The notes under the pieces: generated by a model | The model's input: the letters and a program-made list of their open reading frames with translations, nothing else | Database searches by the model: none | What the model was told of the DNA's origin: nothing | Shown: in pieces, positions 20,319-29,842 of the stretch | Numbering within the stretch: position 1 is the first letter of the stretch | Layout of the letters: each line of letters begins with the position of its first letter | Position numbers and translations under genes: made by a program | Source: Candidatus Fimenecus sp. | Lineage (GTDB): Bacteria; Bacillota; Clostridia; Oscillospirales; Acutalibacteraceae | DNA: 64,000 nt | Direction of reading: 5' to 3' | Assembly (NCBI GenBank): GCA_045632525.1 | Contig: JAZQWV010000046.1 | Span: forward strand, 574-64,573

Positions 20319-23300
20319 TTAACTTATGCCCGGAGTTTTAAGAATTCCTGTTGTTCGAAGAACATATTCATAACTCCAATTTATTCCGTTTGTTCTCCAA
20401 GCACCCGGGCCATGCCATTTTTCATTGACATCTACAAGATGAAGCGGTCCGAATGAATTATATCGATGTGTATAAAGTTTTAAGCCGACTTCGTGTTCAC
20501 CGTTAGGAATACCTTTAATTTCAAGGGTATAAGGTGGATAAATAATATTACCCTTAATTTCACCGTCAACACTTACTTCAACAAGTGCACCCATATAGTC
20601 GCTTGCAGTAACTGTAAGACTACCGTTTTCAGTTTTTGTCTTGATTTTATATGTTACTGCGCCTGAATAGAAGGGGAGTCCTTGATTAAGAAGTGAGCCA
20701 AATGCTAATTTTTTAGGAAGTTCAGTTATAACTGCAACTGCACCTGTTACCTTGACACCAAAACTACCTAAAATAAACACATTTTCAAGGTTTGCTGTTT
20801 GACCGAAAGGTAAGGTAATTTCAAGTGTATTTTCACCCTTTATTATTTTGCCGAGTTTCATTTTGCCGATTGAAATATCAACATAGAAACCGTCTTCTCT
20901 TTCGGTAATTTTTTTACCATTAAAGGTTACTTCTGCAACATCTGCATCTTCAAGAGCGAGAATTGCACCTTCATAATCTATTTCACTATTGAAAGTGAAT
21001 TTAAGTGTTGCCTTGTGGTCTTTTGGTAACTGCCCATATACCCAAGGTTGAACAACCTGTCCACCTCTTTCAACCATTCCAAGACGATTTCTTATAAGAT
21101 TATCAAGTCGAAGCACTTCTTCTTTGGGGAAATATTCCTTATCATCGTCGATTTTCCATTGTGCCATATCGAGAACAAGAATATTTTCTTCAGATAACTC
21201 ATAATCACACATTTCACAAAGCATGTCATTTGATTTTTTAGGAATATGCTGTGCTTTTTCACACTCTGTTTTACCATCAACGAGTTTAAGAAGAATTGAG
21301 TCATAACTAAAAATACGATAACGGATAATGGTTTTTCCTTCTCGGTATTCTGCTTTAATCGGCTTAACTTCACCATTTTCTGTGTTATATATTTCAGGTG
21401 AAAATGTTCCATTCAGAATAATTTGAATATCTTTACCATAATCTATATGCTTGTTATCAGGTTCTTTTGAACAGCAGATGAAAAGCCACTTACAGTCATT
21501 GTCTTCACGCATTTGATAAATATAATTATCCGTAAGTTTACCATCAGCATATCTTATGGTGAGTGTTCTGACATCATGAAGTGCTGTGAGAAGTGACGCA
21601 CGAGAAAAGTCGATTTTTTCACTCTTTTCAAAAAGTGATTTAGCATAATCAGATGGTACAGCGTCAACAAGTGAAGGCGCATCACCCATAAAAATGAGTT
21701 TACCACCATTTTCACGGAATTGCTCAAGTCTTTCAACTGTTGTTTTTCTCAATGTTTCACATCCGGGAACAACTATTGCGTCATATTCCATTTCGCCAAC
21801 TTTAAGTGGTGCAGTGCCTTTCTCACAAAGAGTTGGGAAAAGTGATTCGGAAATGAAATTGAAATCCACACTACCTTCAAGAAGCCATTTTGTAATACTC
21901 TTGAATCTTTCGTCAAGATTTTCTCTGTAAAGTGCAGATTTATCATTAGGACCCCAATGAAGCCAAAAACTTTCAACAGGATGAATAACGCCAACCTTTA
22001 CGATTGGCTTACCACGTGTAAGCGCTGTGTTTACTCTTGCAAAATGGTCTTCAATAAGATTATATTTTTTGTACCAAGGGGATTGATAATGAATTGAAGC
22101 AGGATAGTCTCGTTTTGCTTCGCCCTTCATTGCATACCAAGAAAGATGTGGAACACGAATTGTAACACCAAGACAAGCCTGCCAGTCACCCTGATGCTTA
22201 TATGTTCTGAAATCACAGTCCCAGCCTGTTACACCATAAAGTTCTGAAATCATACCCTCATATCCAAACTGATGAACAGCCGATTGTGTTTGTTTTGCAG
22301 TAGTAAATTCATGTCGATTGCAAAGCATATCAATACCGGGAAGCTTAAAACTTCGATATGAACGCATTGCTTCACCAAGGGATGCTGTTTGCGAATTGAG
22401 TGTAGGCTCTTGCATCATATGACCTGTAAGAGCAATACCATTTTCATCACACCATTCACCGACAGTATCGGCAAATGATGTTGCAAATAATTCAGCAATA
22501 AAATCGTGGTATCTATAACGATGAATGGATGGTGCAGAATTAGGCTTATCCCAGAAAATTTCAGGAAGAGTATCAAAAATATCTTCACCATACATTTCTT
22601 TGTAAAGCTCAGGAACATTGTCAGTCCAAGGCATTGTAATATTCATTTTATCAAATGAATTATTAAGAACTGCCTTTCTTGTAAACTGAGGCTCATCTGT
22701 AAAAATCGCAGGAATGGTCTTATCAAATTCATCACCCACTTTATCCTTATATTTTTCGTGAGTTACTTCAACAAATTTTTTAACGGCATCACTGCTCAGT
22801 GTATCAAGATATGTCTGACCATTATACCAGCTTGAAGGATTTGCAATTTCAAGAAAAGCATACCATTTTGTGCCTTCAGCCTCATCATTTTCACCGATTT
22901 TTTTGTAAGAAGAAAGAAAACCATCACTGTCAAGAATTACATCATAGCAAGCAATAGGACTTTCTTTTTTGTTTACCCAATAGTCATTAATACCACTGTA
23001 TTTTTCTTCTTTGAAAGGAGTGAAAAAGAGACATCTGCTTCTGTATTTTTCATCCTTTGTAACAAGTCCACCAGCAGCACCCGATGGCCAACGGTCTTCG
23101 TCATAAAGCCATGCAAGCATTTCTTCGTTTTTTGCTTTAACCACAGTATCCTTGATGAGTTCCATATATTCTTCACTAAGATACTCGTTTTCAAGACCTG
23201 TTCTTACGTGAAGATGAAATCCGCCAAGTCCCATTTCCTTGAACACATCAATCTGTCGGCATAATTCTTCTTTTGTAAGGTATGAGTTTAGTGCCCAGAA

Positions 23301-23390
23301 AGGTGTTCCACGGAATTCAGATGTAGGATTTTTAAAAAGTTCTGTTTTTAGCGATTTTTCAACATTCTTTTTATATAACATATTTTTCAC
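20319..23390 (-). CDS. large glycoside hydrolase-like protein (TIM-barrel plus jelly-roll type), family not assigned
   Basis: FRGTPFWALNSYL..GLGGFHLHVRTGL N-terminus, typical of uncharacterised ~1000-aa glycosyl hydrolases. Context supports the call. Confidence 0.55.
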   Translation of the reverse strand: MKNMLYKKNVEKSLKTELFKNPTSEFRGTPFWALNSYLTKEELCRQIDVFKEMGLGGFHLHVRTGLENEYLSEEYMELIKDTVVKAKNEEMLAWLYDEDRWPSGAAGGLVTKDEKYRSRCLFFTPFKEEKYSGINDYWVNKKESPIACYDVILDSDGFLSSYKKIGENDEAEGTKWYAFLEIANPSSWYNGQTYLDTLSSDAVKKFVEVTHEKYKDKVGDEFDKTIPAIFTDEPQFTRKAVLNNSFDKMNITMPWTDNVPELYKEMYGEDIFDTLPEIFWDKPNSAPSIHRYRYHDFIAELFATSFADTVGEWCDENGIALTGHMMQEPTLNSQTASLGEAMRSYRSFKLPGIDMLCNRHEFTTAKQTQSAVHQFGYEGMISELYGVTGWDCDFRTYKHQGDWQACLGVTIRVPHLSWYAMKGEAKRDYPASIHYQSPWYKKYNLIEDHFARVNTALTRGKPIVKVGVIHPVESFWLHWGPNDKSALYRENLDERFKSITKWLLEGSVDFNFISESLFPTLCEKGTAPLKVGEMEYDAIVVPGCETLRKTTVERLEQFRENGGKLIFMGDAPSLVDAVPSDYAKSLFEKSEKIDFSRASLLTALHDVRTLTIRYADGKLTDNYIYQMREDNDCKWLFICCSKEPDNKHIDYGKDIQIILNGTFSPEIYNTENGEVKPIKAEYREGKTIIRYRIFSYDSILLKLVDGKTECEKAQHIPKKSNDMLCEMCDYELSEENILVLDMAQWKIDDDKEYFPKEEVLRLDNLIRNRLGMVERGGQVVQPWVYGQLPKDHKATLKFTFNSEIDYEGAILALEDADVAEVTFNGKKITEREDGFYVDISIGKMKLGKIIKGENTLEITLPFGQTANLENVFILGSFGVKVTGAVAVITELPKKLAFGSLLNQGLPFYSGAVTYKIKTKTENGSLTVTASDYMGALVEVSVDGEIKGNIIYPPYTLEIKGIPNGEHEVGLKLYTHRYNSFGPLHLVDVNEKWHGPGAWRTNGINWSYEYVLRTTGILKTPGIS

Positions 23391-23407
23391 CTTACGATAC
23401 TGTGAAT

Positions 23408-24736
23408 TTATTTAAGTGTAAATTCGGCATTATTATCCGAAAAGCCTTTATTGTTTCCGATAGTATTAAGAAGCATACTTCTTAAATCAATTTTTTCACC
23501 ATTTTTACAAAGTTTTGGTTCAACTTTTTTAAGCACAAATGAAAACCTGTCAAGAATACCTGCAAGGAAATTATATCCCGGTGTACCCTCAACATAAGGC
23601 ATATCACCTGTAAATATGCTTAAGCCGACTTCACCAACAAAATCAGAAAACTTTTTCTTGTCAAATTCTTTATCTCGTTTTAAGCAAAGCAAACGCTTTA
23701 AGGACTTAACCGTCATTTTGTCAAAACGCTTTCTTGCAAATGCCTTAAGGTGCTTTACTATTCCTTTTCCACCGCCCAGAGCACCACGCACTCTTGCAAT
23801 AATTGCAGTTGAAAAATGATTATCAAAATATTCCTGCGGTGTAAGTCCCTTTAAATCCCATCCAAAATCAGGCACATCAAGTGATTTAACCTTAAGAATA
23901 GAGTTTTCGTCTATTGTGATTTTTCTATATTTTGCAGGACTACCCACAAGAGCAGAGGTACATATATCAATGAGCCTGTTTCCACTTTCTGAATAAAACT
24001 CATTTATGCTCTGCATATGCATATGGCCTGTGAGCACAAGCTCAACTCCGTTATCAGCAAGGAAAGAAGCAATCTTTTTCCAATCCTTGATTTTCGCATC
24101 TCCAACCAAATCAAAAACAGGTACAGAAGGAATAATCGGATAGTGACAAATTGCAAAAATATAGCAGTTGTCTTCTTTGGCTTTATCTAGTTGTTCCTTT
24201 ACCCAAGCCATAAGTCTGTCGTCCATTGTACCTTTTGGCTGGTCCTTACTGTCACAATGAATTGCGAGCATTCTTACTCCATCTGCAATTTCTGCCACAT
24301 AAGAATGTGTCAGCTCATCAAATGCAATTGCATCACCATAACCAAAATCGCCATACATTTCACACAAATCGTTATAATCTGTACCTTCAACAGGCATACG
24401 ACCATCGCCTTTTAAAACATAGGCAGAGTCATTATAATCGTGACCGGCTGTTATAACATAAACCTTTTTACCATTTTCTTTAAGTCTATAAAGCTCTTTA
24501 ATAAAACCATTGTGGCTTTCTTTTTCACCATTTTTCACAAGGTCACCGGGAAGAATAACAATATCAGTTTCTTTATCTTCAATAATTTTGTCAAAAGTTG
24601 AGCTTATAATAGCACCACTTTCCTTAACAAAAAACTGCTCTGTGACCATATTTTTTTCAAAGGCTTCTCCACCTGGTTCTAATTTATTATCTAAATAATG
24701 CGTATCGGTAACAAGATAAAAACTTACAGGTTTCAT
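23408..24736 (-). CDS. metallophosphoesterase
   Basis: VTDTHY, PGDLVKNG, AGHDYN, TGHMHMQ. Confidence 0.75.
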   Translation of the reverse strand: MKPVSFYLVTDTHYLDNKLEPGGEAFEKNMVTEQFFVKESGAIISSTFDKIIEDKETDIVILPGDLVKNGEKESHNGFIKELYRLKENGKKVYVITAGHDYNDSAYVLKGDGRMPVEGTDYNDLCEMYGDFGYGDAIAFDELTHSYVAEIADGVRMLAIHCDSKDQPKGTMDDRLMAWVKEQLDKAKEDNCYIFAICHYPIIPSVPVFDLVGDAKIKDWKKIASFLADNGVELVLTGHMHMQSINEFYSESGNRLIDICTSALVGSPAKYRKITIDENSILKVKSLDVPDFGWDLKGLTPQEYFDNHFSTAIIARVRGALGGGKGIVKHLKAFARKRFDKMTVKSLKRLLCLKRDKEFDKKKFSDFVGEVGLSIFTGDMPYVEGTPGYNFLAGILDRFSFVLKKVEPKLCKNGEKIDLRSMLLNTIGNNKGFSDNNAEFTLK

Positions 24737-25004
24737 ATTCTTCTCCTTAATATTTGTTTTTGCACAATCTCTGCGAAGGTGTAGTAGTCATCATTTTGAT
24801 ATGTTATGATAATATCATATTTTTCCATTGTTTTAAAGGAGTTTTTCTAAAAATGTTTATGGTTTGAAATTGAAAAAACATAAAGATTACTGTTAACAAA
24901 ATTTCAAAATCCGTAGAACATAATCCACCATTATTTTACATTTACAGTCAGATGCAACGCTCTCTCAAAACCAACAAATTGTATCAAATAGTGTAATTAA
25001 TGCA

Positions 25005-25040
25005 GAAAAAAGCACTCATCATAAGATGAGTGCTTTTAGT
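25005..25040 (-). terminator. terminator of the envelope-modification operon
   Basis: AAAAGCACTCATC-ataa-GATGAGTGCTTTT with flanking A/T runs. Confidence 0.6.
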
Positions 25041-25044
25041 TTTA

Positions 25045-25770
25045 CTAATTAAAAAAACTTTCTGCTTCTTTTAAATCTGAAGCAGTATTGATATTAAATT
25101 CTCTTTCTGCAACTGAAAGAGTCAAGCCACGATAACCGTTTGCCACTAAATAATTGAAGCAGTCACACAAATCGTGTACCTTCTGGGGATTTGTTTCGTA
25201 TGTTTCTTTTATAATTCTCTGTGCCTTAGCACCAAAGATTGTCAAACCAGTACCTTTTATGTTGTTAATAACAATTTTAGGCTTTTCTATGCACTTTATA
25301 AGCACAGAACTCTCGTCCATTTCAACAGAGAAATTATTTTTTATTTTTTCAGCGTTTTCTTCTGTTGTAACGCCACAATAAAAGTCGAATTTTTCTGTTT
25401 TTAATGCGTTTTTTATTTCTTCGGTATTTAAATTAACAAAAATTTCATCAGCCAACTGTAAAATTACAGTTTTATCAGGGTCTATAACTTTTAACGCTTG
25501 AACAAGTGCATCAACTAACCCTTTTTGTTCTGACTGTTGAACATAATTAATATTAAGGCTTTTGTATTTATCTCCGATAGCGTTTTTGATTAAATCGCCT
25601 TGTTTTCCAACAACTATGTAAACTTCAGTTATTGCTAAATCAATTAAATTGTTGAGTGCAAATTCTATTAAGTGTTTGTCTTTGATTTTTCTTAAAGATT
25701 TGCATATATCCTGACCGGTGCTCATTGTTAAACGAGTTCCGTCACCACCAGCCAATATAACACCAATCAT
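25045..25770 (-). CDS. sugar/alcohol-phosphate nucleotidyltransferase (LicC/RmlA-like fold)
   Basis: MIGVILAGGDGTRL signature. 241 aa with no acyltransferase extension. Confidence 0.75.
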   Translation of the reverse strand: MIGVILAGGDGTRLTMSTGQDICKSLRKIKDKHLIEFALNNLIDLAITEVYIVVGKQGDLIKNAIGDKYKSLNINYVQQSEQKGLVDALVQALKVIDPDKTVILQLADEIFVNLNTEEIKNALKTEKFDFYCGVTTEENAEKIKNNFSVEMDESSVLIKCIEKPKIVINNIKGTGLTIFGAKAQRIIKETYETNPQKVHDLCDCFNYLVANGYRGLTLSVAEREFNINTASDLKEAESFFN

Positions 25771-25808
25771 GAATATCCCTCTTTTCTACTTTGGCGATTA
25801 AGTTCTGA

Positions 25809-26744
25809 TTAATAGTTAATTCTTCTTTCCTCAATGATGATTGGCTTTTCGCCGTTGTTACGAGGAAGTGAAATAAGATGCTCCGCGCAGAAAGATACCA
25901 TCAACAAGAGTAATCCGATAAAAATGAAGACTAATCTTAACATAATACTACTGATTGCTTCACCGAAAGATAAGTTGAACGCTTGAGGTATGCAGAAAAT
26001 TAAAAGCTCTAGTATAGTTATAACCATTGCGATTAAGGATACGCCGATTACTCGTCTTGGTAAAACCTTTGAAGCATTTACGATACCACAAACGGCAAAA
26101 TCGTAGTATTTGGAAAGAGTAAATTTACTTTTACCTTTCTTTCGTCTGTCCTGAAGATAATAAACGAATTCAAAGGATGAGCCGTATTCATAAATAAGAC
26201 CACGAAGGAAAGGCTCATTTGTGTTAATTCTCTTGAGAATATCAATAAAACTCTTGTCAAACAATTCAAACTCAGTAGCGTGAGGAACCATTTTAACACC
26301 AAAAACATTATTGATTACCCAATAGAAAAGTGTTCTGATAAAGTAAACAAATTTATTTTCTCGGCTTTGGTTTTTAACACCGAAAACAATCTGAGCACCA
26401 GTTTCCCACTTTTCAACAAGTCTTGGAATTTCTTCAGGTGGGTTCTGCAAGTCAGCGTGTAAGATTACAGCACAGTCACCCTTTGCTTGCTGGAAACAAT
26501 AGAAAGTACCCTTTGCATAACCGAAATTCTTTGAATAAAAAACTGCTTTGATATGCTCATCTTTATTGCAAAGTTCTTCTATTTTCTGCTTTGAACCATC
26601 TGTTGAACCATCGTCAAAGAAAACGATTTCATAATCGTAATTATTAAGACTTTGCATAACTTTCGTTGTTCTCTCGTACAACTCGTCAAGGGTAGCAGCC
26701 TCATTGTAATTAGGAACAACAATTGAAATTAGTTTTTTACTCAT
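25809..26744 (-). CDS. GT2 polyprenyl-phosphate glycosyltransferase (GtrB/CsbB/ArnC-like)
   Basis: SIVVPNYNE, FFDDGSTDGS, two C-terminal TM helices. ATG 26744 after AAGGTGA. Confidence 0.8.
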   Translation of the reverse strand: MSKKLISIVVPNYNEAATLDELYERTTKVMQSLNNYDYEIVFFDDGSTDGSKQKIEELCNKDEHIKAVFYSKNFGYAKGTFYCFQQAKGDCAVILHADLQNPPEEIPRLVEKWETGAQIVFGVKNQSRENKFVYFIRTLFYWVINNVFGVKMVPHATEFELFDKSFIDILKRINTNEPFLRGLIYEYGSSFEFVYYLQDRRKKGKSKFTLSKYYDFAVCGIVNASKVLPRRVIGVSLIAMVITILELLIFCIPQAFNLSFGEAISSIMLRLVFIFIGLLLLMVSFCAEHLISLPRNNGEKPIIIEERRINY

Positions 26745-26754
26745 TTTTGTCACC

Positions 26755-28233
26755 TTAATCGTAAGTTTTATCTAAGTCGTATTTCTTAATAATCTTTGGG
26801 TAAGCGTGTGAAAACCAAAAAATATAAAGGAATTCATACAAAGCCTTGAATCCGTCAATAAAGAAGTTAATCGGGCCTTTAAGTGAAATGGAATGAAGTC
26901 CGTTAAGGATTGTTTCTTTTGCGAATTCAAATGCACCGTGTTCTTGCAAAGCACCCTTGTTTGAGAAACTTTTCCACAGGTACCAGCTTCGGATAACTCG
27001 TAAATCAACACTAGGAACAGCGGAAAGATTTACACCCAATGATTCAGTTGCAACAACCTTGCTCATTGCTTTAAGAGTTTTTGGTGCCTTGTAAGTTCCG
27101 TCAGCCACAACCTGGTCATAAAGTTCGGTGCCGGGAATTGGAGTGAAGTGGAAAACAGGAGTAAGATTTGCTTTTACAGTATTGAGAAGTTTTACAGTAT
27201 CCCTTAATTGGTTAACAGTTTCATTTGGGAAACCGATAATGAATGAACCGATAGTTGTAATACCAATTTTGTTAAGAATCTCAAATGTTGGTGCGATTTT
27301 TGAATAGTCAATATTTTTGTGGACAATTTTCTGCATTTCTTTTGAACCGGTTTCAATTCCGAAGAAAATCCATCTGCAACCTGCGTCGTAGAGCATCTGA
27401 TATTCTTCTTCACCAAACATGCCGATACGAAGTTCGATACCCCATTGAAATTTGAGTCCACTTTCATGCACTTTTTCACAAAAATCAACCAAGTCTTCTC
27501 TTTTTACAACCCAAAGCTCGTCCGAAAAGAAGAAACCATCAGCACCATAATTTTCCATAAGATAACGGATTTCTTCAAGTACATACTCATTAGGACGCTT
27601 TCTGTAAGTGCTCTTGTGGAAATTCATATTTGAACAGAAAGCACATCTGCAAGGACAACCCTTTGCAGAGTATATGTACATCATCTTCTTGCAACCAAGA
27701 TATGTCTGCATATATTTTGGTGGGTCAATGAGTGTGTAGTCAGAAACAGGCATATCACGAAGGTCAGCAAATTTACGACAAGGAGTAACAATAACTTTTC
27801 CGTTTTCCTTGTATGCCAAGCCCTGAATCTCAGAGAATGGTCTGCCACTCTCTAATGCATCCATCATTTCAAGCCAAGTTTCTTCACCTTCACCATAGGA
27901 AATGTAATCAACAAGGTCAAGAGCTAATACCTGCTCCATCTGAAGAGAAGGCATCTGACCACCCCAGACAACAGGTATTCCCTTTGCTCTTGCAGCCTTT
28001 GATATCTTTTCAGCATCAATAAGGCCACGGGATGACATAAGGGAAACGCCGATAATGTCAGGCTTATATGAATCCAACAATTTATTGATATTTGATTTGT
28101 TGACACAGCGGTCCTCAAGTTTTACCTCGTGCCCGTGATTTTTTACATGAGTGGCTATTGAGAGAAGTCCCAAAGGATTTGAAAGGGCTCTTGTATAATA
28201 GCCGACAGATGGGTTAATGAATAAAACTCTCAT
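26755..28233 (-). CDS. B12-binding-domain radical SAM enzyme
   Basis: N-terminal Rossmann/B12-like domain (MRVLFINPS...). CPCRCAFC cluster motif. Confidence 0.85.
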   Translation of the reverse strand: MRVLFINPSVGYYTRALSNPLGLLSIATHVKNHGHEVKLEDRCVNKSNINKLLDSYKPDIIGVSLMSSRGLIDAEKISKAARAKGIPVVWGGQMPSLQMEQVLALDLVDYISYGEGEETWLEMMDALESGRPFSEIQGLAYKENGKVIVTPCRKFADLRDMPVSDYTLIDPPKYMQTYLGCKKMMYIYSAKGCPCRCAFCSNMNFHKSTYRKRPNEYVLEEIRYLMENYGADGFFFSDELWVVKREDLVDFCEKVHESGLKFQWGIELRIGMFGEEEYQMLYDAGCRWIFFGIETGSKEMQKIVHKNIDYSKIAPTFEILNKIGITTIGSFIIGFPNETVNQLRDTVKLLNTVKANLTPVFHFTPIPGTELYDQVVADGTYKAPKTLKAMSKVVATESLGVNLSAVPSVDLRVIRSWYLWKSFSNKGALQEHGAFEFAKETILNGLHSISLKGPINFFIDGFKALYEFLYIFWFSHAYPKIIKKYDLDKTYD

Positions 28234-28241
28234 TTGTTACC

Positions 28242-29681
28242 TCAAAAAAGATTTTTCTTTAAAAGTTTGATTGCGTGTTGTGCATAGTTTTTAAATTGAG
28301 TAAAGGATGTTATGCACTTTTTTAGTGTTTTAAGAATATATATTGGTCGCAGATAGAATTTAAGCTGCATCTGCTTTTTCATTTTTGTTATTTCTTGTAA
28401 GCTTACAGTACTTGTGCCTATAGTATTAGGAGCATAGTAGTCGTTACCCCAAGCCAAATCATTCAATGTGTTGTATTCTACACAGTACTGATAAAGTTCG
28501 GTGCCATAGTAAGGCATTGCAATATGTATTTCTATGAAATCAGGATTTATCTTAAGAATAAACTTTTCAGTTGCCTTGATATCCTCTTTTGTTTCCCAAG
28601 GGAAACCTACCATGAAGAAACCAAATAATGGAATTCCTGCTTTCTTGATGAGGGAAGCTGCACGGATACTATCTTCAAGAGTAGCACCTTTTTTTATAAG
28701 CTTCATAGTCTTTTCAGAGCCTGTTTCAAAACCGACAGCAAGCATAAAACAACCTGCAGCCTTCATTTTTTGTAATAATTCCAAAGAAAGTGGTTTTGTT
28801 CTTGAGTTTGCAGTGAATTCGATTTTGCCATTGAGAGGGGAGTTGATGATTTTATCACACAACTCTGATGCCCATTCGTTATCAATGGTAAAAGTATCTG
28901 CCTTAAAGAAGAAATTGCGGATATTGAATTTATAGTAACATTCTTCAATTTCTGCAAAAACATTTTCGACGCTTCTTAAACGGACATTTTTACCTGAAAT
29001 AATTGGAGTAAGACAATAAATACACTGTGAAGGACAACCCTTTGCAACGGAAATTGTTGCCATTGGTTCACCTGTGTCAGGTCTTGTGTAAATAGCGTTA
29101 TTCATCAAATGCCTTGCAGGGAAAGGCAGCTCGTCTAGATTTTTATTCCAACAGTCAAACTTTGTCGAAACAAATTCATTACCATTTTTGTAAATAATTC
29201 CAGAAATATCGTCGATATTGCCAATGCCTCTTAAAAGATAATCAGTAAGAGGACCCATGATAAATTCAATTTCGCCACCAACGAGACAAGAAACATTTTG
29301 AAGGTCAAGAGTTTCGAGAAGGCTCTTTTTTGGATTGTAGAAAATTGCACCCTTAATAACAAATTTACAATCATGGAAAGATTTTATCCAATTAATAAAA
29401 TCAAGGTCGTCGTAAATAGTTGCGTTTGTAATGCTTATAAAAATCAAGTCGGGTTTAAATTCTTCAATATCAGCCTTTACTTCTTCCTTTGTAGCAAGTT
29501 CGGTTTGGTAATCTCTAAGAAAAACAGAATAACCCTGCCTGAGTAAAACGGATGCAGCATAACCAATGTCATTACATGCGTGAGTTGATGCCACAGCAGA
29601 ATCTTCTATATTACATTGTGCGCGGTCTTCACTACGCTGATATTGTTTCCCAGGGGGATATAGCAACATTACTTTACTCAT
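28242..29681 (-). CDS. B12-binding-domain radical SAM enzyme (paralogue of the downstream gene)
   Basis: VMLLYPPG N-terminal domain, CPSQCIYC motif. ATG 29681 with GGAG upstream; the track start is TTG. Confidence 0.85.
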   Translation of the reverse strand: MSKVMLLYPPGKQYQRSEDRAQCNIEDSAVASTHACNDIGYAASVLLRQGYSVFLRDYQTELATKEEVKADIEEFKPDLIFISITNATIYDDLDFINWIKSFHDCKFVIKGAIFYNPKKSLLETLDLQNVSCLVGGEIEFIMGPLTDYLLRGIGNIDDISGIIYKNGNEFVSTKFDCWNKNLDELPFPARHLMNNAIYTRPDTGEPMATISVAKGCPSQCIYCLTPIISGKNVRLRSVENVFAEIEECYYKFNIRNFFFKADTFTIDNEWASELCDKIINSPLNGKIEFTANSRTKPLSLELLQKMKAAGCFMLAVGFETGSEKTMKLIKKGATLEDSIRAASLIKKAGIPLFGFFMVGFPWETKEDIKATEKFILKINPDFIEIHIAMPYYGTELYQYCVEYNTLNDLAWGNDYYAPNTIGTSTVSLQEITKMKKQMQLKFYLRPIYILKTLKKCITSFTQFKNYAQHAIKLLKKNLF

Positions 29682-29776
29682 CGCATACTTCTCCAAAATA
29701 TATTTTTACAATTATACCATAAAAAACAAAGCAATATCAAGTGTTTACAATCAATTATTATTAAATTGAGGGTGAA

Positions 29777-29805
29777 TTGACTTGATTTATATTTTATGCT
29801 AAAAT
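29777..29805 (+). promoter_or_regulatory. promoter of the GT-C-like gene
   Basis: TTGACT, 17 nt, TAAAAT. Confidence 0.45.
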
Positions 29806-29842
29806 TATAATGTTTAATGTACTAAATTTTAGAGGTTGTCGT